Below, one piece after another: positions 21,815-31,171 of a DNA stretch of 64,000 nucleotides; position 1 is the stretch's first letter, and each line of letters begins with the position of its first letter. Source of the stretch: an uncultured Gammaproteobacteria bacterium (GTDB lineage: Bacteria; Patescibacteriota; Microgenomatia; Levybacterales; UBA12049); contig CAYYSJ010000001.1 of NCBI GenBank assembly GCA_964474445.1, forward strand, positions 206,530-270,529, given 5' to 3'. A model generated the notes under the pieces. That model did not search any database, was not told the DNA's origin, and saw nothing but the letters and a program-made list of their open reading frames with translations. Position numbers and translations under genes: made by a program.

Positions 21815-24505
21815 CTAGGATTGATTTGGTTTTAGTCCGTTAGTTAATAAAGTCGCAAAAGCAGGGTTGGCAGCAAGTTGTTGAAGAAAGTCCATTTCTG
21901 CCGCATTCTTAAATCCTAAAGCTATTGCAACTTCATTTCTCTTCGCTGCGGTGACTGATCCATCTGTCAACTCCTCTTCAAGCGGTTTTCGCTGTTGTGG
22001 TTCAGGGGCTACTAATGCAAGTAATTTCTTTTGTGTATCTGTCAATCTATCTCCAAATCGCTCTTCCAATCTCTTTCTTTCTTCAAAATTACCTGCTACT
22101 CCCGCTATCATAACATCTGTTAACTCTTCATCGAGTCTAACTGAATTCTTTATGCTCTCAGGTAAGCCACCAAATGACCTTAATTCTTCATCATATGCGT
22201 CAAGCTCTGCTTTTGTTCGAATAGAAAGAACTCTTGCGGTATCAATTTTCGGAGTTGTTATATCATTCAATATTGCTCGTTGATCATCTGGTGTAAGATC
22301 TGTTGCCAAAGCCAATTCAGCTTCAACTGCTTGTCTCCACTCTTCTATCGTTTGACCATTTTTAATATCTCTTTTAATTGTTCTGGCTTTGGCGATATGC
22401 TCACCATCAGAAAGAGGGTAGTCTCTATCTCGAATTGCATTCCATTGCTCTAGTTGTTTCTCATCAGTAATACCCAATTCTTTGGCCATTATAGCAAACT
22501 GCTCACGAGCAACTTCTCTCATGGAACGACTATTATTTGGGTTATTTTCTTTAAACGTGTTCTGAATTCGAAGTTCAAGAACTTGAGCTGCTCTATCTGC
22601 TCCCAAGACTCCCCTTGTTGTTACCCCATTACCTTCTCTATATAATAAATCTGGTTTAATAGAAAGTATTTGCAACGCAATATCAGCATCCTCAGTCAAT
22701 TCAGCTCTGACATTCTGTCGAATAATTGCACTTTCCCAAAACCTTTGTTCTTGAGCTGCATCAGTAAGCGCTGATGCTGCTGTTTCGTTAAGAAGTGCAG
22801 CCCTATCTACAGAAGCAGATTCTTGCACATCTGGAGCGTAAACTTGGATATCATACTTTTCTGGATCCTGCATTCGTTGGTTTGCAAAGAGGTCTGCTCT
22901 GCCTTTTCTCGTCAATCCATCAAGTTGTTCTTTTTGATTTGCTGTAACCAAAAGTGGAATTTTTGGATTTTCTTCTCCTTGTTCTCCTGATTCTGTTTGC
23001 CTTGTCTCATCAACCAATTTGTTGGCATCTCTCACATTCATCTCTTTTACAAAACGAGCATTTTCAGCTGGTCCTGCATAATAGAGTGCTCCTTCAACTG
23101 CGGTGCTATTCAGATCAAGTGCTTTAGACTCTCTTTGAAGTTGATATTTTCTATCTGAATTAGTTCCATCCAAATCTACTGCACGATAAACGCTAACTAT
23201 TCTTACCTTTGCTTTTTTCGTTTTTGCTTCAGCTGCTTGTAATTCTTCTGGAGAGATCACCCTTGTCTCATCAAGACCTTGACCATTTTGTTTCCCGGCT
23301 TCTTTTAGTTTTGCAGTAGCTACAGCAGTAGCACCAACTTGCCATTCTTCATCAATCCACTTATATTGTGAGTTTTCTGCACTCTCCACAATGTCTTTAA
23401 CTTGTTCTTGAAGAGCCAATTCTCCATCAAGAAGTTCTGAAGTATCACTACCCTGTACGGCTGTTGTAATAATCTCTCCTTTAGGAGTTATTCTGTATGA
23501 AGCAAAAGTAAATGCTAAATCTGCACCTTTTTCAACTGGTTCTATTGCATGAGTCTCAGAGTTAATTCTAATTTGTTTACCATCTACACTCGTTGCATGA
23601 ATAACAAGGATATCATCCCCTTCTTTTTGTATAATTTGAAGTCTATTATCTTTCTTATCAAAAACGTTACCCTCCTTACCTGTTCTTGCTTGATCAATAA
23701 GACTAACCTCTCCTTCCCTCAAAAGAACAGGAAGTACACGCTTTTGTCTGTCGCTAAGGTCCAAAGAATCAATTCGTCCTAGTGACTCTTGAGAAACATT
23801 AGTCGGTAATTTATCATCCAGGTCAACTGTTTTTACTGAACCATCAGCAGCAACCATTTGTACATTAACATATCCTTCTTCCCGTGCATATCTTGCAACC
23901 CTTTCTCTATCTTGTGGATTAGCACTTGAAATTAATCTAGCAATTTGCTGATCAGCAGTTAATAGCTCTGTTGCCATAAGATTTTTTCGAGCAAGCGCTC
24001 TTTCATGACGACCTATTGTTACCCAATGCTTAAACCTTCCTGCAAGAGTATCTTTTGAAGATCTAGTCACTGGATATTCAGTTCCTGAGCCATTAGTAAT
24101 TACCGGCTCTGCTGGAACTGATGCTTGATCAGCCGAAAGTGCAGCAACTAAAGGTTCTCCGCCACCTTCTTCCCCCGCATTTGGTTGTGTTGGTTTACCT
24201 GAGTCTTCAACAGTTTGGTCTCCATCATTATGCCCGGCTAGTTCCTCAAGAGTATCAGGCACTGGACCACTGTCATGACTCTCTGAACTCCCACCTACTG
24301 CTGCGTCTGAGAAATTCGCATGTGCTTCTGCTCCAGGAGTTACAGCAGCTCCTGGCTCTGCTGGTAATACTGCATCTTGACCTCGCTCTTGTGTTGTCGC
24401 TGAGGTTCCTCCTGATTCTGCTGGTGATTGCACTACAGCAGGCTGTGCTTGCTCCACTGGTTGTGGGGGCTGTATAACATCTCCACTTGGTTCTTGCATA
24501 TACAT
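21815..24505 (-). CDS. large hypothetical protein (896 aa), no TM helices or signal peptide, disordered Pro/Gln/Ala/Gly-rich N-terminal 150 aa, Glu/Arg/Ala/Leu-rich helical remainder
   Basis: Uninterrupted 2.7-kb ORF with clearly higher GC (about 50%) than the surrounding genes. No recognisable catalytic motif. Confidence 0.6.
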   Translation of the reverse strand: MYMQEPSGDVIQPPQPVEQAQPAVVQSPAESGGTSATTQERGQDAVLPAEPGAAVTPGAEAHANFSDAAVGGSSESHDSGPVPDTLEELAGHNDGDQTVEDSGKPTQPNAGEEGGGEPLVAALSADQASVPAEPVITNGSGTEYPVTRSSKDTLAGRFKHWVTIGRHERALARKNLMATELLTADQQIARLISSANPQDRERVARYAREEGYVNVQMVAADGSVKTVDLDDKLPTNVSQESLGRIDSLDLSDRQKRVLPVLLREGEVSLIDQARTGKEGNVFDKKDNRLQIIQKEGDDILVIHATSVDGKQIRINSETHAIEPVEKGADLAFTFASYRITPKGEIITTAVQGSDTSELLDGELALQEQVKDIVESAENSQYKWIDEEWQVGATAVATAKLKEAGKQNGQGLDETRVISPEELQAAEAKTKKAKVRIVSVYRAVDLDGTNSDRKYQLQRESKALDLNSTAVEGALYYAGPAENARFVKEMNVRDANKLVDETRQTESGEQGEENPKIPLLVTANQKEQLDGLTRKGRADLFANQRMQDPEKYDIQVYAPDVQESASVDRAALLNETAASALTDAAQEQRFWESAIIRQNVRAELTEDADIALQILSIKPDLLYREGNGVTTRGVLGADRAAQVLELRIQNTFKENNPNNSRSMREVAREQFAIMAKELGITDEKQLEQWNAIRDRDYPLSDGEHIAKARTIKRDIKNGQTIEEWRQAVEAELALATDLTPDDQRAILNDITTPKIDTARVLSIRTKAELDAYDEELRSFGGLPESIKNSVRLDEELTDVMIAGVAGNFEERKRLEERFGDRLTDTQKKLLALVAPEPQQRKPLEEELTDGSVTAAKRNEVAIALGFKNAAEMDFLQQLAANPAFATLLTNGLKPNQS

Positions 24506-24704
24506 TTAGCATATGGTTTTTTACAAAGATGTGTCAATAGGAAAAATAATTTCCTACGAGACTATATGGGATAAATAAAAATTTTATTTCCTTTGTTTTC
24601 TTGCTTTTACAGCGACAATTTTTTATCTTGGCTCTTTCTCTCTTCTTACGACACTCTGTGCAAGTTCTCAAATGTCAGTTCTATTATCACAACTATTATA
24701 AGTT

Positions 24705-25301
24705 ATGTTAGATAGATCGATTGGCGCAGAGCAAAGAAGACCAGTACTCAACCAAGGCACAGCACTAGCAGTACATCAAGGTATTTTCGATCTTACCAAT
24801 ATAACACTTGGAGTAAAAGTACTCGAGCTTACTGCACGAACAATGGGAAGACCTACCTTTCCTGCAGAGGTAAATAGAGCAACACGAGCAACACTTGTTA
24901 CCCAAACACCAATTGAAGATCAACAACAAGCAGAAATAGTTGCAGATTGCATGGCAATTATTTTTAACGGTGAACCGTATTACCCTTTTGTAAGAAGAGA
25001 TACTGAAGCAGATAAGCGACGAAAAGTAGATATCATGGGCACTATTCGAGATCTAAGAGGAATGACAACCGACCAACTTCGAGAAGAAGTAGCCATCGAC
25101 ATTGTAAGGAAGGATCTGGACAGTAGTGCACTTCTAGAAGGTTCTGAGGTGCCAAGTCTGTTAGAAAAATTTCTTTGGACAACAAATCCCACCCCCTCTT
25201 CTGATGTAAATAGATCTTTAGGACTTGTATGCAGTACGTTAGAGCAAATAGTTACAAGAGCACTGGCAGAAGAGGAAGAGACTACAACTCAAAGTTTTTA
25301 A
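24705..25301 (+). CDS. hypothetical protein (198 aa), compositionally atypical, divergent from the 896-aa gene
   Basis: ORF with the same atypical composition as its divergent neighbour. Its 3' end overlaps the 3' end of maf by about 20 nt (convergent). Confidence 0.45.
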   Translation: MLDRSIGAEQRRPVLNQGTALAVHQGIFDLTNITLGVKVLELTARTMGRPTFPAEVNRATRATLVTQTPIEDQQQAEIVADCMAIIFNGEPYYPFVRRDTEADKRRKVDIMGTIRDLRGMTTDQLREEVAIDIVRKDLDSSALLEGSEVPSLLEKFLWTTNPTPSSDVNRSLGLVCSTLEQIVTRALAEEEETTTQSF

Positions 25302-25842
25302 GCGCTTTTTTAATTGCTTCAACCGGTAACCCAACAATATTGTCATAATCCCCTTTCACCTTCGCTATAAAAGTGTCCCCAACTTCTTGAATCGCATATG
25401 CTCCTGCTTTGTCCATATAGGTGTTTTTGTCTAAATATGCCTCTATGTCATCTTTTGAATAGTCTTTCATATACACATGGGAGACAACTGCATCTGAGGA
25501 GATTTTTTCTGTATCAAGAAGAGTAAAACCTGTCACAACATCTTGTACTTTCCCGCTTTGAAAAGCAAGCATTCTTTCAGCATCTTCTCGGCTCTTTGGT
25601 TTATTAAGAAACTTTCCTTCCAGAACAACAAACGTATCAGCAGCCAGAATAATGCTTCCAGGGTGTTTTTTGGCAACATCATATGCTTTCCCAAGACTCA
25701 ATGTTATTGCCAATTTCTCTGGTTTCTGAGACTCATCCACATATTCTTCAAAGTTACTTGGATCTATAATATAAGGAAGATTAAGTTTTTTTACTAATTC
25801 CTGTCTTCTTGGAGAGGAAGAAGCAAGCACCAATTGTTTCAT
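25282..25842 (-). CDS. maf: Maf-like nucleoside triphosphate pyrophosphatase (septum formation protein Maf)
   Basis: N-terminal LVLASSSPRRQELV plus Maf family blocks. 186 aa. Confidence 0.88.
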   Translation of the reverse strand: MKQLVLASSSPRRQELVKKLNLPYIIDPSNFEEYVDESQKPEKLAITLSLGKAYDVAKKHPGSIILAADTFVVLEGKFLNKPKSREDAERMLAFQSGKVQDVVTGFTLLDTEKISSDAVVSHVYMKDYSKDDIEAYLDKNTYMDKAGAYAIQEVGDTFIAKVKGDYDNIVGLPVEAIKKALKNFEL

Positions 25843-25907
25843 AAGGTATAGTATACAATACTTTGATTTTTATATATAATCGAGGAGGCCACCTTTTGGA
25901 CCCAATA

Positions 25908-25982
25908 GCCGTCTTAGCTCAATGGTAGAGCAGCGGTATCGTAAACCGCAGGTTATCGGTTCGAGTCCGATAGACGGCTCCA
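25908..25982 (+). tRNA. tRNA-Thr (anticodon CGT), CCA encoded
   Basis: Cloverleaf by hand. Acceptor GCCGTCT/AGACGGC. D-arm GCTC-AATGGTA-GAGC. Anticodon arm GCGGT-ATCGTAA-ACCGC. T-arm ATCGG-TTCGAGT-CCGAT. Confidence 0.85.
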
Positions 25983-26005
25983 AGCCAAACACAACGTATA
26001 TAGAT

Positions 26006-26716
26006 ATGCAATCAAGGCTTTCAAAAGCAGCAGAAAGAAAAACAAAGAAACAACTCTACCTCTCGCTGATTGGGATAGTGATCGTTGTCTTTGTTTTGGT
26101 AAAGTTTGGTATTCCAGCACTTGTTAACTTTAGTCTTTTCCTCTCTAATTTCCATGGACAACAATCTCAGTCAACAACACCTGCTACCAACCAAATTATT
26201 GCACAACCAATCCTTACACAAGATTTTACTGCAACAAATAGTGCAACTATCACAGTGAATGGAACAGCAGCTGCACAAGAGAAAGTACAATTGTATGTAA
26301 ATGATGATCTTGTTGATACCATATCAACCAAAGACGATGGAACATTTTCCTTCAAAAATATTACCCTGACACAACAGCAAAACACTCTCAAGGCACGAGC
26401 GAAAAAAGACGATAAAGTAAGTGAATTTTCCGATTCCCTGATAATTTCATATATTCAAAAAGCTCCTAGCCTTTCTGTTGATAGCCCTTCAGATGGCCAA
26501 TCGTTCTCTCATGACCAGAGTACTGTAGTGGTAAAAGGGAAAACTGATCCAGATATCAAAGTAACGGTCAATGACTTTTGGGCAATTGTAGATAACAACG
26601 GAAACTACTCCTATTCTCTCCATTTACAAAATGGCGATAACCAAATTCACGTTGTAGCAACAGATCCAGCAGGGAATAAAACGGAGAAACAGATAACAGT
26701 TAAATATTCTCAGTAA
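26006..26716 (+). CDS. membrane-anchored extracellular protein with Ig-like (Big) beta-sandwich domains, Ser/Thr/Gln-rich linker
   Basis: N-terminal TM anchor (LYLSLIGIVIVVFVLV). The downstream region has a beta-rich repetitive T/S/N/D pattern. Start moved to the Met after the tRNA; the ORF-track start overlaps the tRNA. Confidence 0.55.
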   Translation: MQSRLSKAAERKTKKQLYLSLIGIVIVVFVLVKFGIPALVNFSLFLSNFHGQQSQSTTPATNQIIAQPILTQDFTATNSATITVNGTAAAQEKVQLYVNDDLVDTISTKDDGTFSFKNITLTQQQNTLKARAKKDDKVSEFSDSLIISYIQKAPSLSVDSPSDGQSFSHDQSTVVVKGKTDPDIKVTVNDFWAIVDNNGNYSYSLHLQNGDNQIHVVATDPAGNKTEKQITVKYSQ

Positions 26717-27890
26717 GTCCAAGTACTATCCATAGCCATACCATAAGGGATGGATAAAAAAGTCCATTGATAAAAAAACTCCCTACACTTATGGAAACGA
26801 GTGTTGCTATTCCCAACGACGTGTACAGTCTATTTTTTTGCTTTCTAAGAACACGTATATGCTGGTAAAGAAAATAAAGGAAGGCAGTTAGTCCAATAAC
26901 TCCTGTTGTTGCCAAAACAAAAAGAAAACTATTATCTGCTCCGGCACTCCCGTGTCCTTCTTCCCAACCTGCTTTATAGATACCATGCCTATGTTGTGCA
27001 TAACGATAGGCATTAAATCCTACACCTAACACAATGTTATCTTGCCATACCGTAAGCGCATCTTTCATATTGCCAAATCGTGCCTCTGTAGATACGACTC
27101 GAAAAAAATTTGTTCCTTCGCTTCGCTTGCCAGTAATGAAAAATGTCAAAACTCCACCAAGCAGAATCAAACATACAAAAAGAAGCACTATCTTTTTATG
27201 TCCCTTAAGCAACAAAAATGTGGTGACACCTATAAGAAGAGTCATCAATGCTGACCGTGAGTAGGTAAGAAAGACCGCTACAACAGTCATAACAGTCAAA
27301 ACACCATACACTCCTTTTATTGTTTTATTGTTACTCCTGAAGAAAAGAAACAAAAGAAACAGTGTATATAAAACGAAAAATAATCCCAAAAAATTGGGAT
27401 CTAAGAATGTTCCAAACATCCGGTAGAAATGCTCATCCCATCCTCCGTAATATAAATTCCGCAACGCTGGATAGAACACAAATTGGACATATCCAATGAC
27501 TACCATAAAAAATCCTGTTATGGCCATTACTTGATATACAACAGCTTTCTTTTTTGAGGCAAATGAGAAAACAAGAAAAAAGAGCATCACATACATAGCA
27601 AAACGAAGTAAATATAAAAAGGCGGCAAAGAGTTGCCCTTGAGGAATGAAAAAAGCATTAAACAGAAGTGATACAGCTGCAATACTCAGAAACAGAACAA
27701 AGCTTTTCCATGTTGGAGAAATAACAACTTCTTTTTTTACTACCAACCACAGACCCCATAGCAGAACACACCCGATAACAGCCATATCCAATCCAGTAAC
27801 AGCAATACTCGGAAGTATATCAATTCTTGCAAGCTGGCCGAGTGAGAAAACAAAAAACAAAATGGATAATGATGTTAGTAGTATCGCCAT
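26700..27890 (-). CDS. O-antigen ligase-like / Wzy_C-family membrane protein (396 aa, about 10-12 TM helices)
   Basis: Polytopic membrane protein with a Wzy_C-like periplasmic loop (LTYSRSALMTLLIG). The family includes WaaL ligases, Wzy polymerases and PglL-type O-oligosaccharyltransferases. Confidence 0.6.
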   Translation of the reverse strand: MAILLTSLSILFFVFSLGQLARIDILPSIAVTGLDMAVIGCVLLWGLWLVVKKEVVISPTWKSFVLFLSIAAVSLLFNAFFIPQGQLFAAFLYLLRFAMYVMLFFLVFSFASKKKAVVYQVMAITGFFMVVIGYVQFVFYPALRNLYYGGWDEHFYRMFGTFLDPNFLGLFFVLYTLFLLFLFFRSNNKTIKGVYGVLTVMTVVAVFLTYSRSALMTLLIGVTTFLLLKGHKKIVLLFVCLILLGGVLTFFITGKRSEGTNFFRVVSTEARFGNMKDALTVWQDNIVLGVGFNAYRYAQHRHGIYKAGWEEGHGSAGADNSFLFVLATTGVIGLTAFLYFLYQHIRVLRKQKNRLYTSLGIATLVSISVGSFFINGLFYPSLMVWLWIVLGLTENI

Positions 27891-29482
27891 ACAGAATGAG
27901 CAAAACCAGGTGATGTGTATAATCGTACTTGTGTTTTGTTATTAAAATACACTAAACTCCAATATTTAAATTTCTCCGGTTTTCCATTTCCCTGCACTGC
28001 TACATAGGTAAAGGTATCTCCTTTTTGTACCCATGACTCATGAATATAGGGGAAATCGACATAGTAGAGATTATGGAATCCATACAGAAGAACTCTATCT
28101 GTTGGCTTTATATGTTTTGCAAAATATCCATCAACATCATAAAAATCACCAAGAGAAAAATCTAAATGATTGGCGAGAAAGTGTGCTTTTGTTTCACGTC
28201 CAGTTATAACTGAAGCAAATTTATAGTTTGCAATTGCACGATATCCAATTGAAATGATTGAACAAAGGATAACTGCCATGATAAATGCTTTTCTCCAGTA
28301 GTCTCCAAGAAGTGTGATGACATACACCACCAACAAAGTAAAAAGAGGAACAAATGCCAAGACATATCTTCCTCCTCCTGATTGGGGAGTAAAATACCAC
28401 ACAATAAACCCAGCAATAGCTAAGAAGACAATAAGAACATGTTCAGAAGTAAGTTTTCTCCATAGCAAAATAATAAATGGTATAGAGAGTAAATAGATAG
28501 GATGGATTGGATCTGATGCATACGCAAATGTATTCCAGAATGATGAGAGAAAAAATAATGGAGTAAACACCTGGAACGGTTTCAACAATGGGAGAACAGG
28601 AGAAAACATTGGATAAAACGGGTTGCCAGTATGGATATACGCAAATATCAACCACGGCAATGGAACAAGAAGTGCTAATCCCAAGAATGTAACAGCACGT
28701 TTTGCCCTTTGCAGGAAAGGAAGACTTTTATAGTTATACCAGAGAAGTAATACTACATACATAGCTACCGATCCTCCTGCTAATAACTTGGTGGTAAAGG
28801 TAAGACCAGCTAACAATCCAAATTGGATAAACCATTCTTTTTTCTTCGTTTCAACCCATGTAAAAAGTGCCCACACTGTCATGATTTCAAAAAAAGTTCT
28901 GGACAAATCAATATACCCACTGATTGATTCCCAACCAACAACTAAGTTACTGTAAAAAATAAGAGGGGCAAGGATAGCAATATGAGGCTGAAAAAACTTT
29001 CTTGTTACTTTATATAACGCAACACAGCACAAAATTCCAAAGATAAAGTGTATTCCTCTTGCAAAAAAATCTGATGAAAAAGCAAGGCCAGCTGTATAGA
29101 GCATCTCCGTAAGCTTTGGCATATCAGAGTAGGACAGTACTCCTCCTGGAACATGAAAAATGGCATGATATTGCAGATATAATTTAGGAAGCGTTAAGTG
29201 ATACCAGAGTGCATCAAACCCAATTTCAGGACCAAATAATCCGACACTGTTAATAACAGCTTGCACAACAATAAGAAGTACACAAACAAGGAAAAAGAGA
29301 GAATAGTTACCTCGAGGGAGACTGTAAAAAAATGAGAGAATATTCTTTCTTTTGAGATATCCAAATCCTCCCCAGAAAAGGAGAGTTAATACAATAAGAA
29401 CAGGTTTATAGAGCAGACCAGCCAGTCCTAGTAGAAAAATACCATAGGAAAAAATTCCTATCCCAAACGCTAACGCAAACAT
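27875..29482 (-). CDS. GT39/GT83-like (PMT/ArnT family) membrane glycosyltransferase (535 aa)
   Basis: Large polytopic membrane protein. Length and topology are typical of dolichyl/undecaprenyl-phosphate-sugar-dependent glycosyltransferases. Assignment is by architecture only. Confidence 0.45.
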   Translation of the reverse strand: MFALAFGIGIFSYGIFLLGLAGLLYKPVLIVLTLLFWGGFGYLKRKNILSFFYSLPRGNYSLFFLVCVLLIVVQAVINSVGLFGPEIGFDALWYHLTLPKLYLQYHAIFHVPGGVLSYSDMPKLTEMLYTAGLAFSSDFFARGIHFIFGILCCVALYKVTRKFFQPHIAILAPLIFYSNLVVGWESISGYIDLSRTFFEIMTVWALFTWVETKKKEWFIQFGLLAGLTFTTKLLAGGSVAMYVVLLLWYNYKSLPFLQRAKRAVTFLGLALLVPLPWLIFAYIHTGNPFYPMFSPVLPLLKPFQVFTPLFFLSSFWNTFAYASDPIHPIYLLSIPFIILLWRKLTSEHVLIVFLAIAGFIVWYFTPQSGGGRYVLAFVPLFTLLVVYVITLLGDYWRKAFIMAVILCSIISIGYRAIANYKFASVITGRETKAHFLANHLDFSLGDFYDVDGYFAKHIKPTDRVLLYGFHNLYYVDFPYIHESWVQKGDTFTYVAVQGNGKPEKFKYWSLVYFNNKTQVRLYTSPGFAHSVWRYY

Positions 29483-29558
29483 ATATGTCCTCTACAAAGC
29501 AAGAAATAAATATAATTTCCCAACACAAAGAGAAACCATAGAACGAGCAGAATATGAA

Positions 29559-30308
29559 TTATTTGTTTTTTTGTAACTGCCATAGTTTGCCTCTCACGAG
29601 GAAAGAGTGAAAACTCATCAGTATAGCCAATATAAATCCTATTGTACCATCTTGAAAGCCTTTTTTGAGAATATAATTTTGTAAAAATTTTACTTTAGGA
29701 TACAAAATAATGTGGTACCAGCTTACTTTTATTCCCTCTTTATAAAGTTCTTGTGCTCGAAGGGTTGTATACCAGTTAATTTCTGAAAGAAATTCACTAA
29801 GTGTTGGATGAGGATAGTGATAAAGTGAGTGTTGCAAATAGCCTATTTTCCCTTTTACCAGCCACCTTTCATGAACTTTTCCTTCCCAAATTCCTGCATT
29901 TTTTCGCGCCAAACGCAGAAGCTGTAGGTTTCCACTTTCTCCATGCTTAATTTCCTTTCCCCACAATATATCCCGTCTCAGCAGAAAAAATCCTTGGTAT
30001 GTGCTTTCTGGATTATGGATATGGTGAAGTATTTCTTTATGCAGTGGGGATGACACTACTTCATCGGCATCGATAAAGAGCACCCAATCACCCGTAGCCT
30101 GCTGCAAAGCAACATTGCGTTGTTGGGAAAAGTCATTCTCCAAAGCATGGAGTATAACTTTTGCTCCTAACTTTTTTGCAATATCTCCTGTTTGATCAGT
30201 AGATTCATCATCAATAACAAGAATTTCATCACTCCAACTCACTGACTTGAGGCATTTTTCAATCGTCTTCTCAGCATTTTTTGCAAGAATAATTGTTGTC
30301 AGAGCCAT
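29559..30308 (-). CDS. glycosyltransferase family 2
   Basis: LVIDDESTDQT and FIDADE (DxD) GT-A signatures. Confidence 0.8.
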   Translation of the reverse strand: MALTTIILAKNAEKTIEKCLKSVSWSDEILVIDDESTDQTGDIAKKLGAKVILHALENDFSQQRNVALQQATGDWVLFIDADEVVSSPLHKEILHHIHNPESTYQGFFLLRRDILWGKEIKHGESGNLQLLRLARKNAGIWEGKVHERWLVKGKIGYLQHSLYHYPHPTLSEFLSEINWYTTLRAQELYKEGIKVSWYHIILYPKVKFLQNYILKKGFQDGTIGFILAILMSFHSFLVRGKLWQLQKNK

Positions 30309-30333
30309 AATCTGATTCTAATGGAAAAACCGC

Positions 30334-31170
30334 TTAGAAAGCAAATTTCCATGCTGATAACGCCTCCAACGTTTGTTTAGGATTTGCTTTGAAAAACAAC
30401 ACTGTTTGAATAAAGATAAAGAGTATGTTCGGTGTTCTGAAAATGCCATGATTGTATTTCTTGCCAAAAAGCAACGCACTTCGTAATTGATGGTAGACAG
30501 AGAGTGCAGATAGTTTGCCGGCAGATTTACTCAATTCATGGTATATATTCACAGAGGAAGCAACGTCTACAAGAAATCCTTTTTGTTTTGCTCTCAAACA
30601 AAAATCTACATCCTCATAATACAGGAAAAACCTTTCATCAAATAACCCTGTCTTTTCAAAAACTTCTCTTTTAATAAGCATGCAACATCCCGAAACATAC
30701 TCTATGTTTTTTACTGGAGAGGCAGAAGGAGTTGCCACTTCTGTATGATACGTCCGACCAAATGGCATAATAACATGTCCTCCAAGGTCAAATAGTGTTT
30801 GACCTTTCTTTTTGAATTCGATAACAGGCGCCACAATACCTACTCGTTTTTCTTTCTGAAGTGTTTTCACTAATGTTGGAAGCATTGGTCTTGTGATAAT
30901 TGTGTCGTTATTTAACAGCAAGATTGCATCTGCTTTTTGGGAGAGTGCATATCGGATACCCACATTCACTCCTCCTGCAAATCCTAAATTGTTCTTGTTA
31001 TTAATGATCGTCGTATGTTTCTGGGGAAAATCTTTTTTTGTTAAAGGATCACTCATATTATTGACAATAAGAAGAGAAAATGGATAGTTTTCTCTTTCAA
31101 AAAGACTTTCCACGCATTTTTGCGTTACAGACAGTTCTCCATAATGGAGGATGACAATTGTTATTTTCAT
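30334..31170 (-). CDS. glycosyltransferase family 2
   Basis: GT-A fold signatures near the N-terminus (VILHYG...LLIVNNMSD ... LLNNDT). Confidence 0.75.
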   Translation of the reverse strand: MKITIVILHYGELSVTQKCVESLFERENYPFSLLIVNNMSDPLTKKDFPQKHTTIINNKNNLGFAGGVNVGIRYALSQKADAILLLNNDTIITRPMLPTLVKTLQKEKRVGIVAPVIEFKKKGQTLFDLGGHVIMPFGRTYHTEVATPSASPVKNIEYVSGCCMLIKREVFEKTGLFDERFFLYYEDVDFCLRAKQKGFLVDVASSVNIYHELSKSAGKLSALSVYHQLRSALLFGKKYNHGIFRTPNILFIFIQTVLFFKANPKQTLEALSAWKFAF

Positions 31171-31171
31171 A

